The notes below the pieces were generated by a model. It worked only from the letters and a program-made list of their open reading frames with translations, was not told the DNA's origin and made no database searches. The position numbers and the translations under genes are program-made. Positions 29,822 to 39,170 of a stretch of DNA of 64,000 nucleotides are shown piece after piece. The stretch covers positions 32,001 to 96,000 of the forward strand of contig JAOUEV010000001.1 in the NCBI GenBank assembly GCA_029858565.1, given 5' to 3'. Every line of letters begins with the position of its first letter. Position 1 is the stretch's first letter. Source of the DNA: Nitrospirota bacterium (lineage in GTDB: Bacteria > Nitrospirota > UBA9217).

Positions 29822-31379
29822 GAGTCTGTCGGACTTAGCAATCTGATCCGACGACTGTTTGAACCAATTTCTAGAATCATCAGCCTTATGATCGGTTCTC
29901 TTTGATCAAATATGGTTCTGATTTGTTCTTTCTTATCGATTCAACTCAAGGTATGCAGCCTTTTTAAGTTCCAGGCGATGCAAACGAGGTCCCATTCGCC
30001 TTGTACGGCTACGAAACCGCGCAGCAGGAACTGCCGGAAGCCCATAACCGCTTTGATGATGCCGAAGACCGGTTCCACCGTGCTCTTGCGTTTGGCATAG
30101 ACCTTTTTGCCTGCTTGAGTCCGGAGACGATGCTTCATCCTGGTGACCGCATCGGCATCAGGCGGCGGTGGCAACGGTTCACGGAACCGATCCAAGAGCG
30201 GCTGGTTATGCTGATCCCGGCCAAAAGCAAGGTACGGCGTAATCTTGTTCTTCTCGCAGGCACCGACGTTGGCTTCGCTGTAGAAACCGTTGTCGGTGAT
30301 AATTGCATCCACCGTGCCGAGTTCTTCGGGTAATGCAGCGAGGTTTTCGATTGTCGGTTCCACTTCGCGCTTATCGTTTGTCTGTTGGGTTACATGGCTG
30401 GCGACGATCATCATGGATTCGATATCAACACCAGCCTGAGCATTGTAAGCCTGTTCAAAGCCGCCGCCGGACTTCTTCATGATCCGGGATTCGCCGTCCG
30501 TCAGGTTGACCTGGTCTTTGCCTTGGATACCGGGTTCGGGAGGTTCCGGTTTTCGGCCACGAGACTTTTTGCCGGTTTGCTGTTCTTTTTCAGCGCGCTC
30601 GGCCAGCTTTTTATCATAGGCTTCTTTTTCCTGGGCAAAACGCTCTGCGGCCCGCCGTTCGATCTCGGCTTTGGCGTTGGCTATGGCCTTGAGACGCTCG
30701 GTCCGCCGGGATAGTTCTTCCGGGATGCTAATTCCATCCGGTAGATCAGCCTGATCAGCTGCTTCGGCCTGGCGGAGAAGCTCGGCAACTTCTGCCTTGA
30801 GCTGTTCTTCGAGTTTGCATGCGTGGGCATAGCTCAGGGCTTTATGCTTCGAGGCATTTGCCTTGACCTTGGTCCCGTCAAGACTGACAGTGCCCAGCTT
30901 CAAGACCCCCGCCTGTCCGGCGATCAGGAGGATCTGGACGAACAGCGGCTTGAGCTGCGACAGAAACCGCTTCCGGAAAACGGCGATAGTGTCATGATCC
31001 GGATGCGTATTTGCAGCAATGAATCGGAAGGCAACCGAATCATAGGTGCTCCGCTCCAGTTTCCGGCTGGAGAACACCCCAGTGGCGTATCCATAGAACA
31101 GAAGGGCCAGAAGCATCTCGGGATTATATGGCTGGGAACCGCGCCCCGCATATGCGGCTTTCAAAGAGCTGAGATCGAGCTGATCCAAGATCTCGACGAC
31201 GAATCGGGCCAGGTGATCTTCGGGCAGCCAGTCCTGAAGCGACGGCGGCAGCAAATAGAGTGTTGATTGATCGTAATTGATAAACTTTGCGCTCATTTCT
31301 GTTCAACCTCGCTACGTGCGATTGAATAGCTGAGCGGACTATAACATATTTGATTTAGTCGGGAAAGTCCGACAGACTC
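29822..31379 (-). mobile_element. IS1182-family insertion sequence, intact
   Basis: Perfect terminal inverted repeats GAGTCTGTCGGACTT / AAGTCCGACAGACTC, flanked by CTAG on both sides (29818-29821 and 31380-31383). Confidence 0.92.
29941..31296 (-). CDS. IS1182-family DDE transposase
   Basis: SSRKLE, PDHDTIA.FR, DGTKVKANAS, YNAQ, DNGF and VEPVFGIIK motifs. Confidence 0.95.
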   Translation of the reverse strand: MSAKFINYDQSTLYLLPPSLQDWLPEDHLARFVVEILDQLDLSSLKAAYAGRGSQPYNPEMLLALLFYGYATGVFSSRKLERSTYDSVAFRFIAANTHPDHDTIAVFRKRFLSQLKPLFVQILLIAGQAGVLKLGTVSLDGTKVKANASKHKALSYAHACKLEEQLKAEVAELLRQAEAADQADLPDGISIPEELSRRTERLKAIANAKAEIERRAAERFAQEKEAYDKKLAERAEKEQQTGKKSRGRKPEPPEPGIQGKDQVNLTDGESRIMKKSGGGFEQAYNAQAGVDIESMMIVASHVTQQTNDKREVEPTIENLAALPEELGTVDAIITDNGFYSEANVGACEKNKITPYLAFGRDQHNQPLLDRFREPLPPPPDADAVTRMKHRLRTQAGKKVYAKRKSTVEPVFGIIKAVMGFRQFLLRGFVAVQGEWDLVCIAWNLKRLHTLS

Positions 31380-31478
31380 CTAGGCAGTTGATAGCATGGC
31401 TTTATTTCGTATATCGAGTGGTGCAGATTGCGTTGCAGATGACTTCCGGGGCAGGAAAAGAATGACGAGCCGAAATGA

Positions 31479-32741
31479 TCAGCGTGATGGTCTGCGGGGC
31501 GGGCGGCCTCCGCCCGGACCCGAGCGGTGCCGGGGCGGGGGAGCGCTCTGCCGCTTTTGTTCAGCCTGTTGGCGTTCTTCGGCAGTGCGACGGATCTCCT
31601 TATGGTACATATCGTCGGTCGCCCAGCCCGTAGGGACTTTCTGGCCGATGTACGCTTCGATGGCTTCGAGGGAATAGACATACTCTTCGCAGGCAAGACT
31701 GATCGCTTTGCCCTCGGCACCGGCCCGGCCGGTCCTGCCGATGCGGTGCACATAGTCCTCGGCGTCCTGGGGAAGGTCGTAATTGATGACGTGGGTGATG
31801 CCTTCGACATGGATACCCCGGCTCGCGACATCGGTAGCCACGAGGACCGGCAGCCGGCCACCCTTGAAATCGTCGAGAAGCTTGAGGCGCTTCTTCTGAA
31901 GTATCTCCCCGGTGATCGCGGCGGCCTTCCAATTGTTCCTGATGAGGCGCTCAACGACCATTTCAGCTGCGCGGCGCGTGTTCACGAAGACGATCGCGCG
32001 CTCGGGTTTTTCCCGGGAGAGAATGCCCAGCAGCAGGGGGACCTTTTCATGCTTGCCCACGTGGTACAGGATCTGGTCAACTTTTTCCACCGTGACCTGC
32101 TCGGGAGTGATCGAGATCTTTTCCGGCAGGTTCATGAACTCGTAGGCCAGTTCCATGACCCGGTAGGAGAGCGTTGCGGAAAAGAGCATGGATTGGCGTT
32201 TGGAGTAGTCGGGGAGCTTGCGAAGCAGGTAGCGGAGGTCATCGATGAAGCCCATGTCGAACATGCGGTCCGCTTCGTCGATCACCAGGTACCGGGTTTT
32301 CTTGAGGCTGTAGACGTGCTGTTTGTAATAATCAATGAGCCTGCCCGGCGTGCCGATCAGGACATCGACTCCCTTGGACAGCGTATCGCGTTGTTTTTCG
32401 TAGTCAATGCCGCCGTACACGGCGAGGAAGCGGAAACCGGTGAATTTCCCGAGCCGCTCAGCTTCGTGGAATATCTGGTCGGCCAACTCACGCGTGGGCG
32501 CGATGATCAGCGCCTGCGGGGAATCGCCGGGGTCCACCACCGGATTGCGGGTCATGCGGGAGAAAAGGGAAATGAGGAAGGCCGCGGTCTTTCCCGTCCC
32601 GGTCTGCGACTGCGCGGCGACATCTTCGCCTCGCACGGCGCGGGGGATTACCTGCTCCTGAACCTGCGTGCAGGTCGTAAAGCCGGAATGCTCGATGCCT
32701 TGTTGTACTTCGTAGGGAAGATCAAAATCGCTGAAGTTCAT
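31479..32741 (-). CDS. rhlB: DEAD-box RNA helicase (RhlB-like)
   Basis: Q motif, TGTGKT, PTRELA, DEAD, SAT and HRIGRTGR. Confidence 0.88.
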   Translation of the reverse strand: MNFSDFDLPYEVQQGIEHSGFTTCTQVQEQVIPRAVRGEDVAAQSQTGTGKTAAFLISLFSRMTRNPVVDPGDSPQALIIAPTRELADQIFHEAERLGKFTGFRFLAVYGGIDYEKQRDTLSKGVDVLIGTPGRLIDYYKQHVYSLKKTRYLVIDEADRMFDMGFIDDLRYLLRKLPDYSKRQSMLFSATLSYRVMELAYEFMNLPEKISITPEQVTVEKVDQILYHVGKHEKVPLLLGILSREKPERAIVFVNTRRAAEMVVERLIRNNWKAAAITGEILQKKRLKLLDDFKGGRLPVLVATDVASRGIHVEGITHVINYDLPQDAEDYVHRIGRTGRAGAEGKAISLACEEYVYSLEAIEAYIGQKVPTGWATDDMYHKEIRRTAEERQQAEQKRQSAPPPRHRSGPGGGRPPRRPSR

Positions 32742-33198
32742 GGGTCCGATCGTTGCGAAGACATTTTGTCAATGATTGTCGGCCACTACTATACCATAAA
32801 TGCTGGAGACGACAAAGGGAAAAGAACAGGTGCGATCGTCATCAGCGATACAGACTGTTGACTAAAGTGACTATAAGGACAGATACGCTCCCCTATTGTT
32901 GTTCCGTTAAATGGTGTGATGTCATGCTCATTCCGTGAAAGGACGATGTGCTTCCTGCCGGAGCGCACAGCGGAGTTTGGCGGGAAAAACAGCATTTTCT
33001 CGTCTACGATCGCCAGGATCATGCGATTCGGCCGCGATGAAGTGAAAAAGCGCATAATAATTTCATGATGAAGAGAACAAGTATAATTGTGAATAATCCG
33101 CATAAAACAAAAAAATAAAGTACACATTTTAATTGGTGTTGATATAACTGTTGATAAATTGTCTAACATGAGGAAAGATAATTTTTTATTTTTTTCTG

Positions 33199-33245
33199 TT
33201 GACAAATTATGAACTCTTGTTGTATATTTGTCCACGAGGTGAACA
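33199..33245 (+). promoter_or_regulatory. Promoter with operator-like palindrome upstream of the wHTH-MNT gene
   Basis: TTGACA-18 bp-TATATT; TGTCCAC-gag-GTGAACA inverted repeat (33229-33245) over the predicted +1 and RBS. Confidence 0.6.
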
Positions 33246-33249
33246 GAAG

Positions 33250-33816
33250 TTGCTATCGAAACTCTTCTCTTCAACGAGAGCCGAACTTCTGAGCCTGTTC
33301 TTTAACAATCCGGACGAGAAGTTCTACCTCAGGGAGATCGCCCGGCATATCGGCAAGGACGCGGCCGGTATCAAGCGGGAGCTCGATACCCTGGTGAAGA
33401 TCGGGCTCCTGGCCTGGGAAAAGCGGGGAGTGCAGAAGTACTACTTCGCAGACAAAGGCTCCCCGATCTTCTCGGAAATGAAAGGCCTGATCTTCAAGAC
33501 CACGGGCGTGCAGGGCGCGATCAAGGCGGCGCTCACGAGGCTCAAAGGGGTGCAGGCGGCATTCATCTACGGCTCCTTTGCCAAGGGTTCGGAAAAAGAG
33601 GACAGCAATATCAACCTGATGGTGATCGGCCAGGTGAACATCACGGAACTGAACGACGTGGTGGTAGGGCTCGAAGAGAAGCTGAAACGCGAGATCGACT
33701 ACCTGGCCTTTGACGAGCAGGAATACCGGAAACGGAAGGAAACGAAGGACCCCTTCATCCGGGAGATCGTGAAAGGAAAAAAGCTCATCCTGCTGGGCAA
33801 GGACGATGACGTATGA
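33250..33816 (+). CDS. wHTH plus minimal nucleotidyltransferase (MNT) domain protein with degenerate catalytic motif
   Basis: LFSSTRAELL...YLREIAR...IKREL wHTH; IYGSFAKGSEKEDSNINL in place of GSx10DxD; TTG start after GAGGT. Confidence 0.85.
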   Translation: MLSKLFSSTRAELLSLFFNNPDEKFYLREIARHIGKDAAGIKRELDTLVKIGLLAWEKRGVQKYYFADKGSPIFSEMKGLIFKTTGVQGAIKAALTRLKGVQAAFIYGSFAKGSEKEDSNINLMVIGQVNITELNDVVVGLEEKLKREIDYLAFDEQEYRKRKETKDPFIREIVKGKKLILLGKDDDV

Positions 33817-34288
33817 AGCGCTCCAAGAGATGGGGCTGGAGGAGCGGGCACCTGAGATCGCCGAAGTAATGGGTCTGATGATACGGGCCGAGCGCGATCT
33901 GGCAACGGCCCGGTTGCTCCAGGACAAGGACGAGGAATGGTCCTACGCCGCGGCGTATCAAGCCATGGCCCGGTCCGGGAGAGCGCTCATCATGTCCGAG
34001 GGATACCGGCCCAAGGGGCCCCGGAGCAGGGATACCCATAAGACAGTAGTGACCGCTTCGGGAGTGATCCTGGGCGATAAGTTCAAGAGCCTGATCAATA
34101 AGTTCGACCGGATGCGCAGGAAGTACCAGAACTTCATGGTCGAGAGCGTAAGCATGGTATCCCGTTATGAAGCAGGGCAGGCCATCAAGGACGCGGAAGA
34201 GCTCTTCGGGATCGTAAGTTCACGGCTGCGGGAAAAGTACTCGCAGATGTCATTGCTGAACGATGTACCTCAGCTCGTATCCAGATAA
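33806..34288 (+). CDS. HEPN-domain protein with degenerate RNase motif
   Basis: AERDL..A, AYQAM...ALI..EGYRP, HKTVV, FDRMRRK(YQNFMVE); overlaps the MNT gene. Confidence 0.8.
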   Translation: MTYEALQEMGLEERAPEIAEVMGLMIRAERDLATARLLQDKDEEWSYAAAYQAMARSGRALIMSEGYRPKGPRSRDTHKTVVTASGVILGDKFKSLINKFDRMRRKYQNFMVESVSMVSRYEAGQAIKDAEELFGIVSSRLREKYSQMSLLNDVPQLVSR

Positions 34289-34333
34289 AGGCCGCTTGAA
34301 TCGAATGCGGTGACCGAAAGGGGGTGGACAACA

Positions 34334-34393
34334 ATGCCGGCGAAGAAGAAAGCTGCCAAGAAGAAGGCGAAGAAAAAGGCGAAGAAAAAGTAG
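34334..34393 (+). CDS. 19-aa Lys/Ala-rich micropeptide MPAKKKAAKKKAKKKAKKK
   Basis: Strong RBS AAGGGGGTG, ATG...TAG, followed by a hairpin; paralog 195 bp downstream. Confidence 0.75.
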   Translation: MPAKKKAAKKKAKKKAKKK

Positions 34394-34423
34394 TCTTTGA
34401 ATACATTGCCCCGAGATGGGGAA

Positions 34424-34447
34424 ACGCCGGGGGATCTCCCCCGGCGT
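34424..34447 (+). terminator. GC-rich hairpin after the first micropeptide
   Basis: ACGCCGGGGG-atct-CCCCCGGCGT followed by a weak AT-rich tail. Confidence 0.6.
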
Positions 34448-34528
34448 CATTTAATCAATAATTCGTCCGCAGTCGAGGACGTTTTCCAGGGCTTCGCCCC
34501 TAACCTAAGCAAGGAAGGAGATCGAAAC

Positions 34529-34588
34529 ATGCCCGCAAAGAAAAAAGCCCCGGCCAAGAAGGCCAAGAAGACCACGAAGAAGAAATAG
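34529..34588 (+). CDS. 19-aa Lys/Ala-rich micropeptide MPAKKKAPAKKAKKTTKKK
   Basis: RBS AAGGAG, ATG...TAG; same MPAKKKA start as the first copy but with synonymous codon differences. Confidence 0.75.
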   Translation: MPAKKKAPAKKAKKTTKKK

Positions 34589-34638
34589 CTGTGCCGAGCC
34601 TGTCAGGACGGCCATGCTCAAAAGCCATGAATATGGTT

Positions 34639-34672
34639 ACCACGAAGGACGTCTTCGTGGTTTTGTTTTTTT
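34639..34672 (+). terminator. Intrinsic terminator after the second micropeptide
   Basis: ACCACGAAG-gacgt-CTTCGTGGT followed by TTTGTTTTTTT. Confidence 0.85.
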
Positions 34673-34846
34673 ATGGGAAGAAGAAAGAGCGGTTCAGAAC
34701 ACCCGTCGAGCCGAACACACGTTGTGGTACGGAGACGGACGTGAACGTGCTCTTCTGTCCGGTGAGGTCTTCGCGCGGATGATCTGACCTCCCCACATTT
34801 GAAATATCCGGCCGCTTGCTCTATAATGCGGTCGGATGGCTGAATT

Positions 34847-35185
34847 ATGGCAAGACGAAACTATGTACGGACCCCCCGCAGTCTGAAACGCACGGCCGGC
34901 AGGAAGAAACTGGTGATTGCCGCGGCCGTGGTAGCCGGGATTGCTTTGCTCTGGTCCCTGGTAATGGGAGAGATGGGGCTGGTGAAGTACTTGCGGATGA
35001 AGAACCAGGAGAATGCCCTGCGCGTCGAGATCGATCACCTGACCCAGGACAACCGCCGCCTGCTGCAGGAGGTCAAGGCGCTCAAGTACGATGCCGCGTA
35101 TCTGGAGCGTCTTGCCCGGGACAAGATCGGCCTCGCCCGTCCCGGCGAGATCGTCTATTATTATGGCGATGTGGAGGTGCGGTAA
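34847..35185 (+). CDS. ftsB: Septum formation initiator FtsB/DivIC
   Basis: TM helix, coiled coil, LERLARDKIGLARPGEIVY. Confidence 0.88.
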   Translation: MARRNYVRTPRSLKRTAGRKKLVIAAAVVAGIALLWSLVMGEMGLVKYLRMKNQENALRVEIDHLTQDNRRLLQEVKALKYDAAYLERLARDKIGLARPGEIVYYYGDVEVR

Positions 35186-35301
35186 CTCTCCTTTTGGCGG
35201 TCTGCAGTATACTGTCGATCATTCCTCGGGTTCCAATATTCGTTTGACACCTCTTCCCCCCGCTTGTATCATTAGAGACATACTGTTCCCGTGACCAAAC
35301 C

Positions 35302-37506
35302 ATGTCTGATCATCCTCTTTCCATAGCCTTTGTCTGGCACATGCACCAGCCCTACTACAAGGACGACCTGACGGGCTCGTACATCCTGCCCTGGGTGCGC
35401 ATGCACGGCATCAAGGACTACTACGACATGCCGGCCATGCTCCGGGACTTTCCCGCGGTGCACCAGACCTTCAACCTCGTTCCCTCACTGATCAAACAGA
35501 TCCAGGACTACGTGGAGAACAACGCCACGGACAAGTTCCTGGACCTGACGATCAAGCCCGCGGAGAGCCTGACGCAGGAAGAGAAGCTATTCCTGCTCAA
35601 GAACTCATTCATGGCGAACTGGGACACCATGATCAGGCCCTACCAGGCCTACTGGATGCTGCTCGATCGCCGGGGGAGGAGCGTGTCACCCCGGGACTTG
35701 GAGAGCGCCACGCGCTATTTCACGGTCCAGGACTACCGGGACCTGCAGGTGTGGTTCAACCTCACCTGGTTCGATCCTCTTTTCAAACAGGGAGATCCGC
35801 TCGTAAAGGGGCTGATCGAGAAGGGAAGCGGTTTCACCGAGGAGGAAAAATTGCTCCTGGTGAAGAAACAGCGCGAAGTGATGGGCCTGATCATCCCCGA
35901 GTACCGCCACCTGGCGGCGTTGGGAACGATCGAGCTCACGACCACTCCTTTTTACCATCCCATCATGCCCTTGTTGTTCGATACGGATCTGGCCAAGGTC
36001 GCTGAACCGAACATCAGTCTGCCTCAGAACCGGTTCTGCCATCCCGAGGATGTGCGCGTGCAGGTGGAGCGCGCCCTGGCCTATCATGAGAGATTCTTCG
36101 GATCCCGGCCCACGGGCATGTGGCCTTCCGAGGGCTCTGTTGCCGAGGAGATCATCCCGCTCCTGGCCGATGCGGGCATCAAATGGATCGGCACTGACGA
36201 GGGTGTTCTTGCCCGTTCCCTGGGCGTAACGATCGAACGGGACTTCGGCGGGGTCATGAAGCATCCGGACCTGCTCTGCAAACCCTACCGCGCGGGCAAA
36301 GGCGACAAGAACCTATCAGTGATATTCCGCGACCACACCCTGTCTGACCTCGTGGGTTTCGTCTATTCCAAGTGGGATTACAAGAACGCGGTGAACGACC
36401 TCATCGAGCGGCTGCACCGCATCCGGAAAGGCGTGGGGAACACGCCGCACCTGGTCTCTATCATCCTGGACGGCGAGAACGCCTGGGAGTACTACCAGAA
36501 CGACGGACGGGATTTCTTTCTCGCGCTTTACGAGCGGCTGAGCAGGGAGCAGGGGCTCAAATGCGTTACCGTGGGCGAGTATCTGAAGGACCATCCGCCC
36601 GCGGACGGGATCGACCGGTTGCACGCGGGCTCCTGGATCTCGGCGAACTACCGCGTCTGGATCGGTCACGAGGAGGACAACCGGGCCTGGGACCTCCTGG
36701 GCCAGACCCGCGACGCGCTGGTGCAGTTCGCCAACAGCAACGGCGACGCCGGGGCGGTCGAGCAGGCCTGGGAGGAGATCTACATCGCAGAGGGCAGTGA
36801 TTGGTGCTGGTGGTACGGGGACGACCATTTTTCCGAGAACGACCAGGAGTTCGACCTTCTGTTCCGGACGCACCTCATGAACGTCTACCGGATCATCGGC
36901 CTCGACGTGCCTGACGAACTGCACATCCCGATCCTGCGCGAGGACCGGGAAGCGCGGCCCACGGTGGAGCTGACCGCCCTGATCTCTCCGTCCATCGACG
37001 GCCAGGTCACCAACTATTTCGAATGGCTCTCCGCGGGCTACTACGACGTTGCGCGCGGCGGCGGCGCCATGCACCGGGGCGACAGCATCATCAGCCATAT
37101 CTATTACGGTTTCGACCTTCGCAACCTTTTCCTCCGGCTGGACCCGAGCCAGAGCCTGCAGGACGACAAGGTGGCGGACCTGACGTTCTATGTAAACTTC
37201 CTGTCGCCAAAGGGACTGGACGCGGAGATCCGGCTCGCGCCGCAACAGCGCAGGGTGACCGCAGCCCTGTTCCGGGGAAGGAACGGCGAGCGCAGCCGGG
37301 TCGCGGCACTCGACATGATCTCCGCCAACGAGATAATCGAACTGGCGATCCCCTTTGAATCGCTCGGTGTGAAGCCGGGCAGCGGCGTCCATTTCTTTGT
37401 CACCGTGGAGCGAAAGGGTTCCGAAGTGGAAAAATGGCCCTTCCGCGGCTTCATTCAGGTGACCGTACCGAACGACGATTTTGAAGCCACCATGTGGCAG
37501 GTCTAG
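35302..37506 (+). CDS. Glycoside hydrolase family 57 (amylopullulanase-like)
   Basis: WHMHQP, HPIMP, WPSE, DGEN and AEGSDWCWW conserved regions. Confidence 0.93.
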   Translation: MSDHPLSIAFVWHMHQPYYKDDLTGSYILPWVRMHGIKDYYDMPAMLRDFPAVHQTFNLVPSLIKQIQDYVENNATDKFLDLTIKPAESLTQEEKLFLLKNSFMANWDTMIRPYQAYWMLLDRRGRSVSPRDLESATRYFTVQDYRDLQVWFNLTWFDPLFKQGDPLVKGLIEKGSGFTEEEKLLLVKKQREVMGLIIPEYRHLAALGTIELTTTPFYHPIMPLLFDTDLAKVAEPNISLPQNRFCHPEDVRVQVERALAYHERFFGSRPTGMWPSEGSVAEEIIPLLADAGIKWIGTDEGVLARSLGVTIERDFGGVMKHPDLLCKPYRAGKGDKNLSVIFRDHTLSDLVGFVYSKWDYKNAVNDLIERLHRIRKGVGNTPHLVSIILDGENAWEYYQNDGRDFFLALYERLSREQGLKCVTVGEYLKDHPPADGIDRLHAGSWISANYRVWIGHEEDNRAWDLLGQTRDALVQFANSNGDAGAVEQAWEEIYIAEGSDWCWWYGDDHFSENDQEFDLLFRTHLMNVYRIIGLDVPDELHIPILREDREARPTVELTALISPSIDGQVTNYFEWLSAGYYDVARGGGAMHRGDSIISHIYYGFDLRNLFLRLDPSQSLQDDKVADLTFYVNFLSPKGLDAEIRLAPQQRRVTAALFRGRNGERSRVAALDMISANEIIELAIPFESLGVKPGSGVHFFVTVERKGSEVEKWPFRGFIQVTVPNDDFEATMWQV

Positions 37507-37557
37507 GCAACTGCTCTTCCCGCATCCATCCCGAAGTCACCTTCACTGTGACGCGCC

Positions 37558-38985
37558 ATGAACGTTCTTATCATCAGCACCAACCGGAACCGCTTTCCCA
37601 TGCCCGTGATGCCCATCGGTGCGTGTCTTGTCGCTGAATCTGCCGAGCGGATGGGACACCGCGTCGCTTTCCTTGACATGATGTTCCTGCAGGATCCGCT
37701 GGGATCGGTCACCGCGGCGATCAAAGAGACCCGGCCCGACGTGATCGGCATTTCGGTCAGGAACATTGACAATAACGACCGTGCCGGCCCGGTCTTTTTC
37801 ATTGATGCCTTGCGCCCTCTCATGGCCGCGATTCGGCGGGAAACGGACGCCGTGACGATCCTCGGCGGAGCAGCAGTATCGGTCATGCCCGGCGAGATCC
37901 TCGAAGCGACAGGAGCGGACGCCGCGGCAACGGGCGACGGTGAGATGCTCTTTCCGCAACTGCTGGACCGCATCTCGACGAACAGGTCCTATGATGATCT
38001 GCCCGGCGTAGTCGTTCCGGGGGGCTCGCCGGTGCATCATGCTCCGCGCAGCCCAGCGGGACTGGGCAGCGAGTGCCTCGCGCCCGCTTACTCCCGATGG
38101 ATCGATGTGCGGGCCTATCAGGAACAGATGGCGACCGCGCCGGTCCAGAGCAAGCAGGGCTGCCCGTTCCAGTGCGTGTACTGCACCTATCGGAAGATCG
38201 AGGGAAGGACCTTTCGCACTGCCGATCCCGCTGCTGTGGCCGACCGGGTCGCGGAGCTTGCAGCACGCGGGACCAGGGATATCGAATTTGTGGACAGCGT
38301 GTTCAACGCACCGGCAGACCATGCGATGGAGGTCTGTGAAGTCCTGGCGCGTACGCGGCACAAGGCGCGGATCCAGAGCCTGGAGCTGAATCCCACGTTC
38401 TTCAACGACGGCCTTCTCACGACCATGGAGCGGGCGGGCTTTGTCGGATACGGCCTGACGGTCGAGAGTGCTTCGGACCCGGTGCTCGCGGGGCTCAGGA
38501 AAGGATTCACCGCTGCCGAAGTACAGAATGCGGCAGATATTGTTAGAAGGCACAAGCTGCCCTGCGCGTGGATATTTTTACTCGGCGGGCCGGGAGAGAC
38601 GCAGGAAACCGTTCGCGAGACGCTCAGGTTCGCCGAACGGTCCATCCGAAAAAGCGATGTGGTATTCTTCAACATCGGTATCCGTATCTATCCCGCCACC
38701 GGACTGGACAATATCGCTCGCAGCCAGGGGCTTCTTGACCTGCAGCGCGAAGATATGCTCGCACCGGTGTTCTATCTTTCTCCTGAGGTGGATGGCGGCT
38801 GGCTTGTTTCCGAGGTGCGGGGATTCATGGCCGGTCACATGAATGTGATCAATGCAGACACGCTGAGCCTGCCGATCTTGCCGATGGTCAACCGCGCAGG
38901 GTTCCGGCTGGGATTACGTCCGCCGCTGTGGAAACATACTCGGTTCATCCGGCGAGGGCTGCGCATGGCGGGCATGGATGTGTGA
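37558..38985 (+). CDS. B12-binding radical SAM protein (lipid-biosynthesis-associated type)
   Basis: N-terminal cobalamin-binding domain (PDVIGISVRNIDN, LGG, GDGE); CPFQCVYC; GGPGET. Confidence 0.9.
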   Translation: MNVLIISTNRNRFPMPVMPIGACLVAESAERMGHRVAFLDMMFLQDPLGSVTAAIKETRPDVIGISVRNIDNNDRAGPVFFIDALRPLMAAIRRETDAVTILGGAAVSVMPGEILEATGADAAATGDGEMLFPQLLDRISTNRSYDDLPGVVVPGGSPVHHAPRSPAGLGSECLAPAYSRWIDVRAYQEQMATAPVQSKQGCPFQCVYCTYRKIEGRTFRTADPAAVADRVAELAARGTRDIEFVDSVFNAPADHAMEVCEVLARTRHKARIQSLELNPTFFNDGLLTTMERAGFVGYGLTVESASDPVLAGLRKGFTAAEVQNAADIVRRHKLPCAWIFLLGGPGETQETVRETLRFAERSIRKSDVVFFNIGIRIYPATGLDNIARSQGLLDLQREDMLAPVFYLSPEVDGGWLVSEVRGFMAGHMNVINADTLSLPILPMVNRAGFRLGLRPPLWKHTRFIRRGLRMAGMDV

Positions 38986-39170
38986 ATGAAAACAAGAGCA
39001 TCTTACCGCAGAGGACGCAGAGAAAAGCCAATGTAAGATCTTCTGTGAGGAGAGCAGCTCGCTTTTTTAGATAAAAAGCGGGCAGCGTGGCGGTTGTGCA
39101 CACTTGGTTTCGGCCAGGATCGAAGAGTCAGCGGTTAACCAAGTTTGGGAAATAAATGAGGAAAGAATAG

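Noticed and set aside
32789-33274. 161-aa minus-strand ORF in the AT-rich spacer
   Set aside because: Atypical composition, overlaps promoter elements and has no motif support
34397-34528. 63-aa ORF call 34397..34588
   Set aside because: The upstream part crosses a hairpin and lacks an RBS; the strong RBS points to ATG 34529
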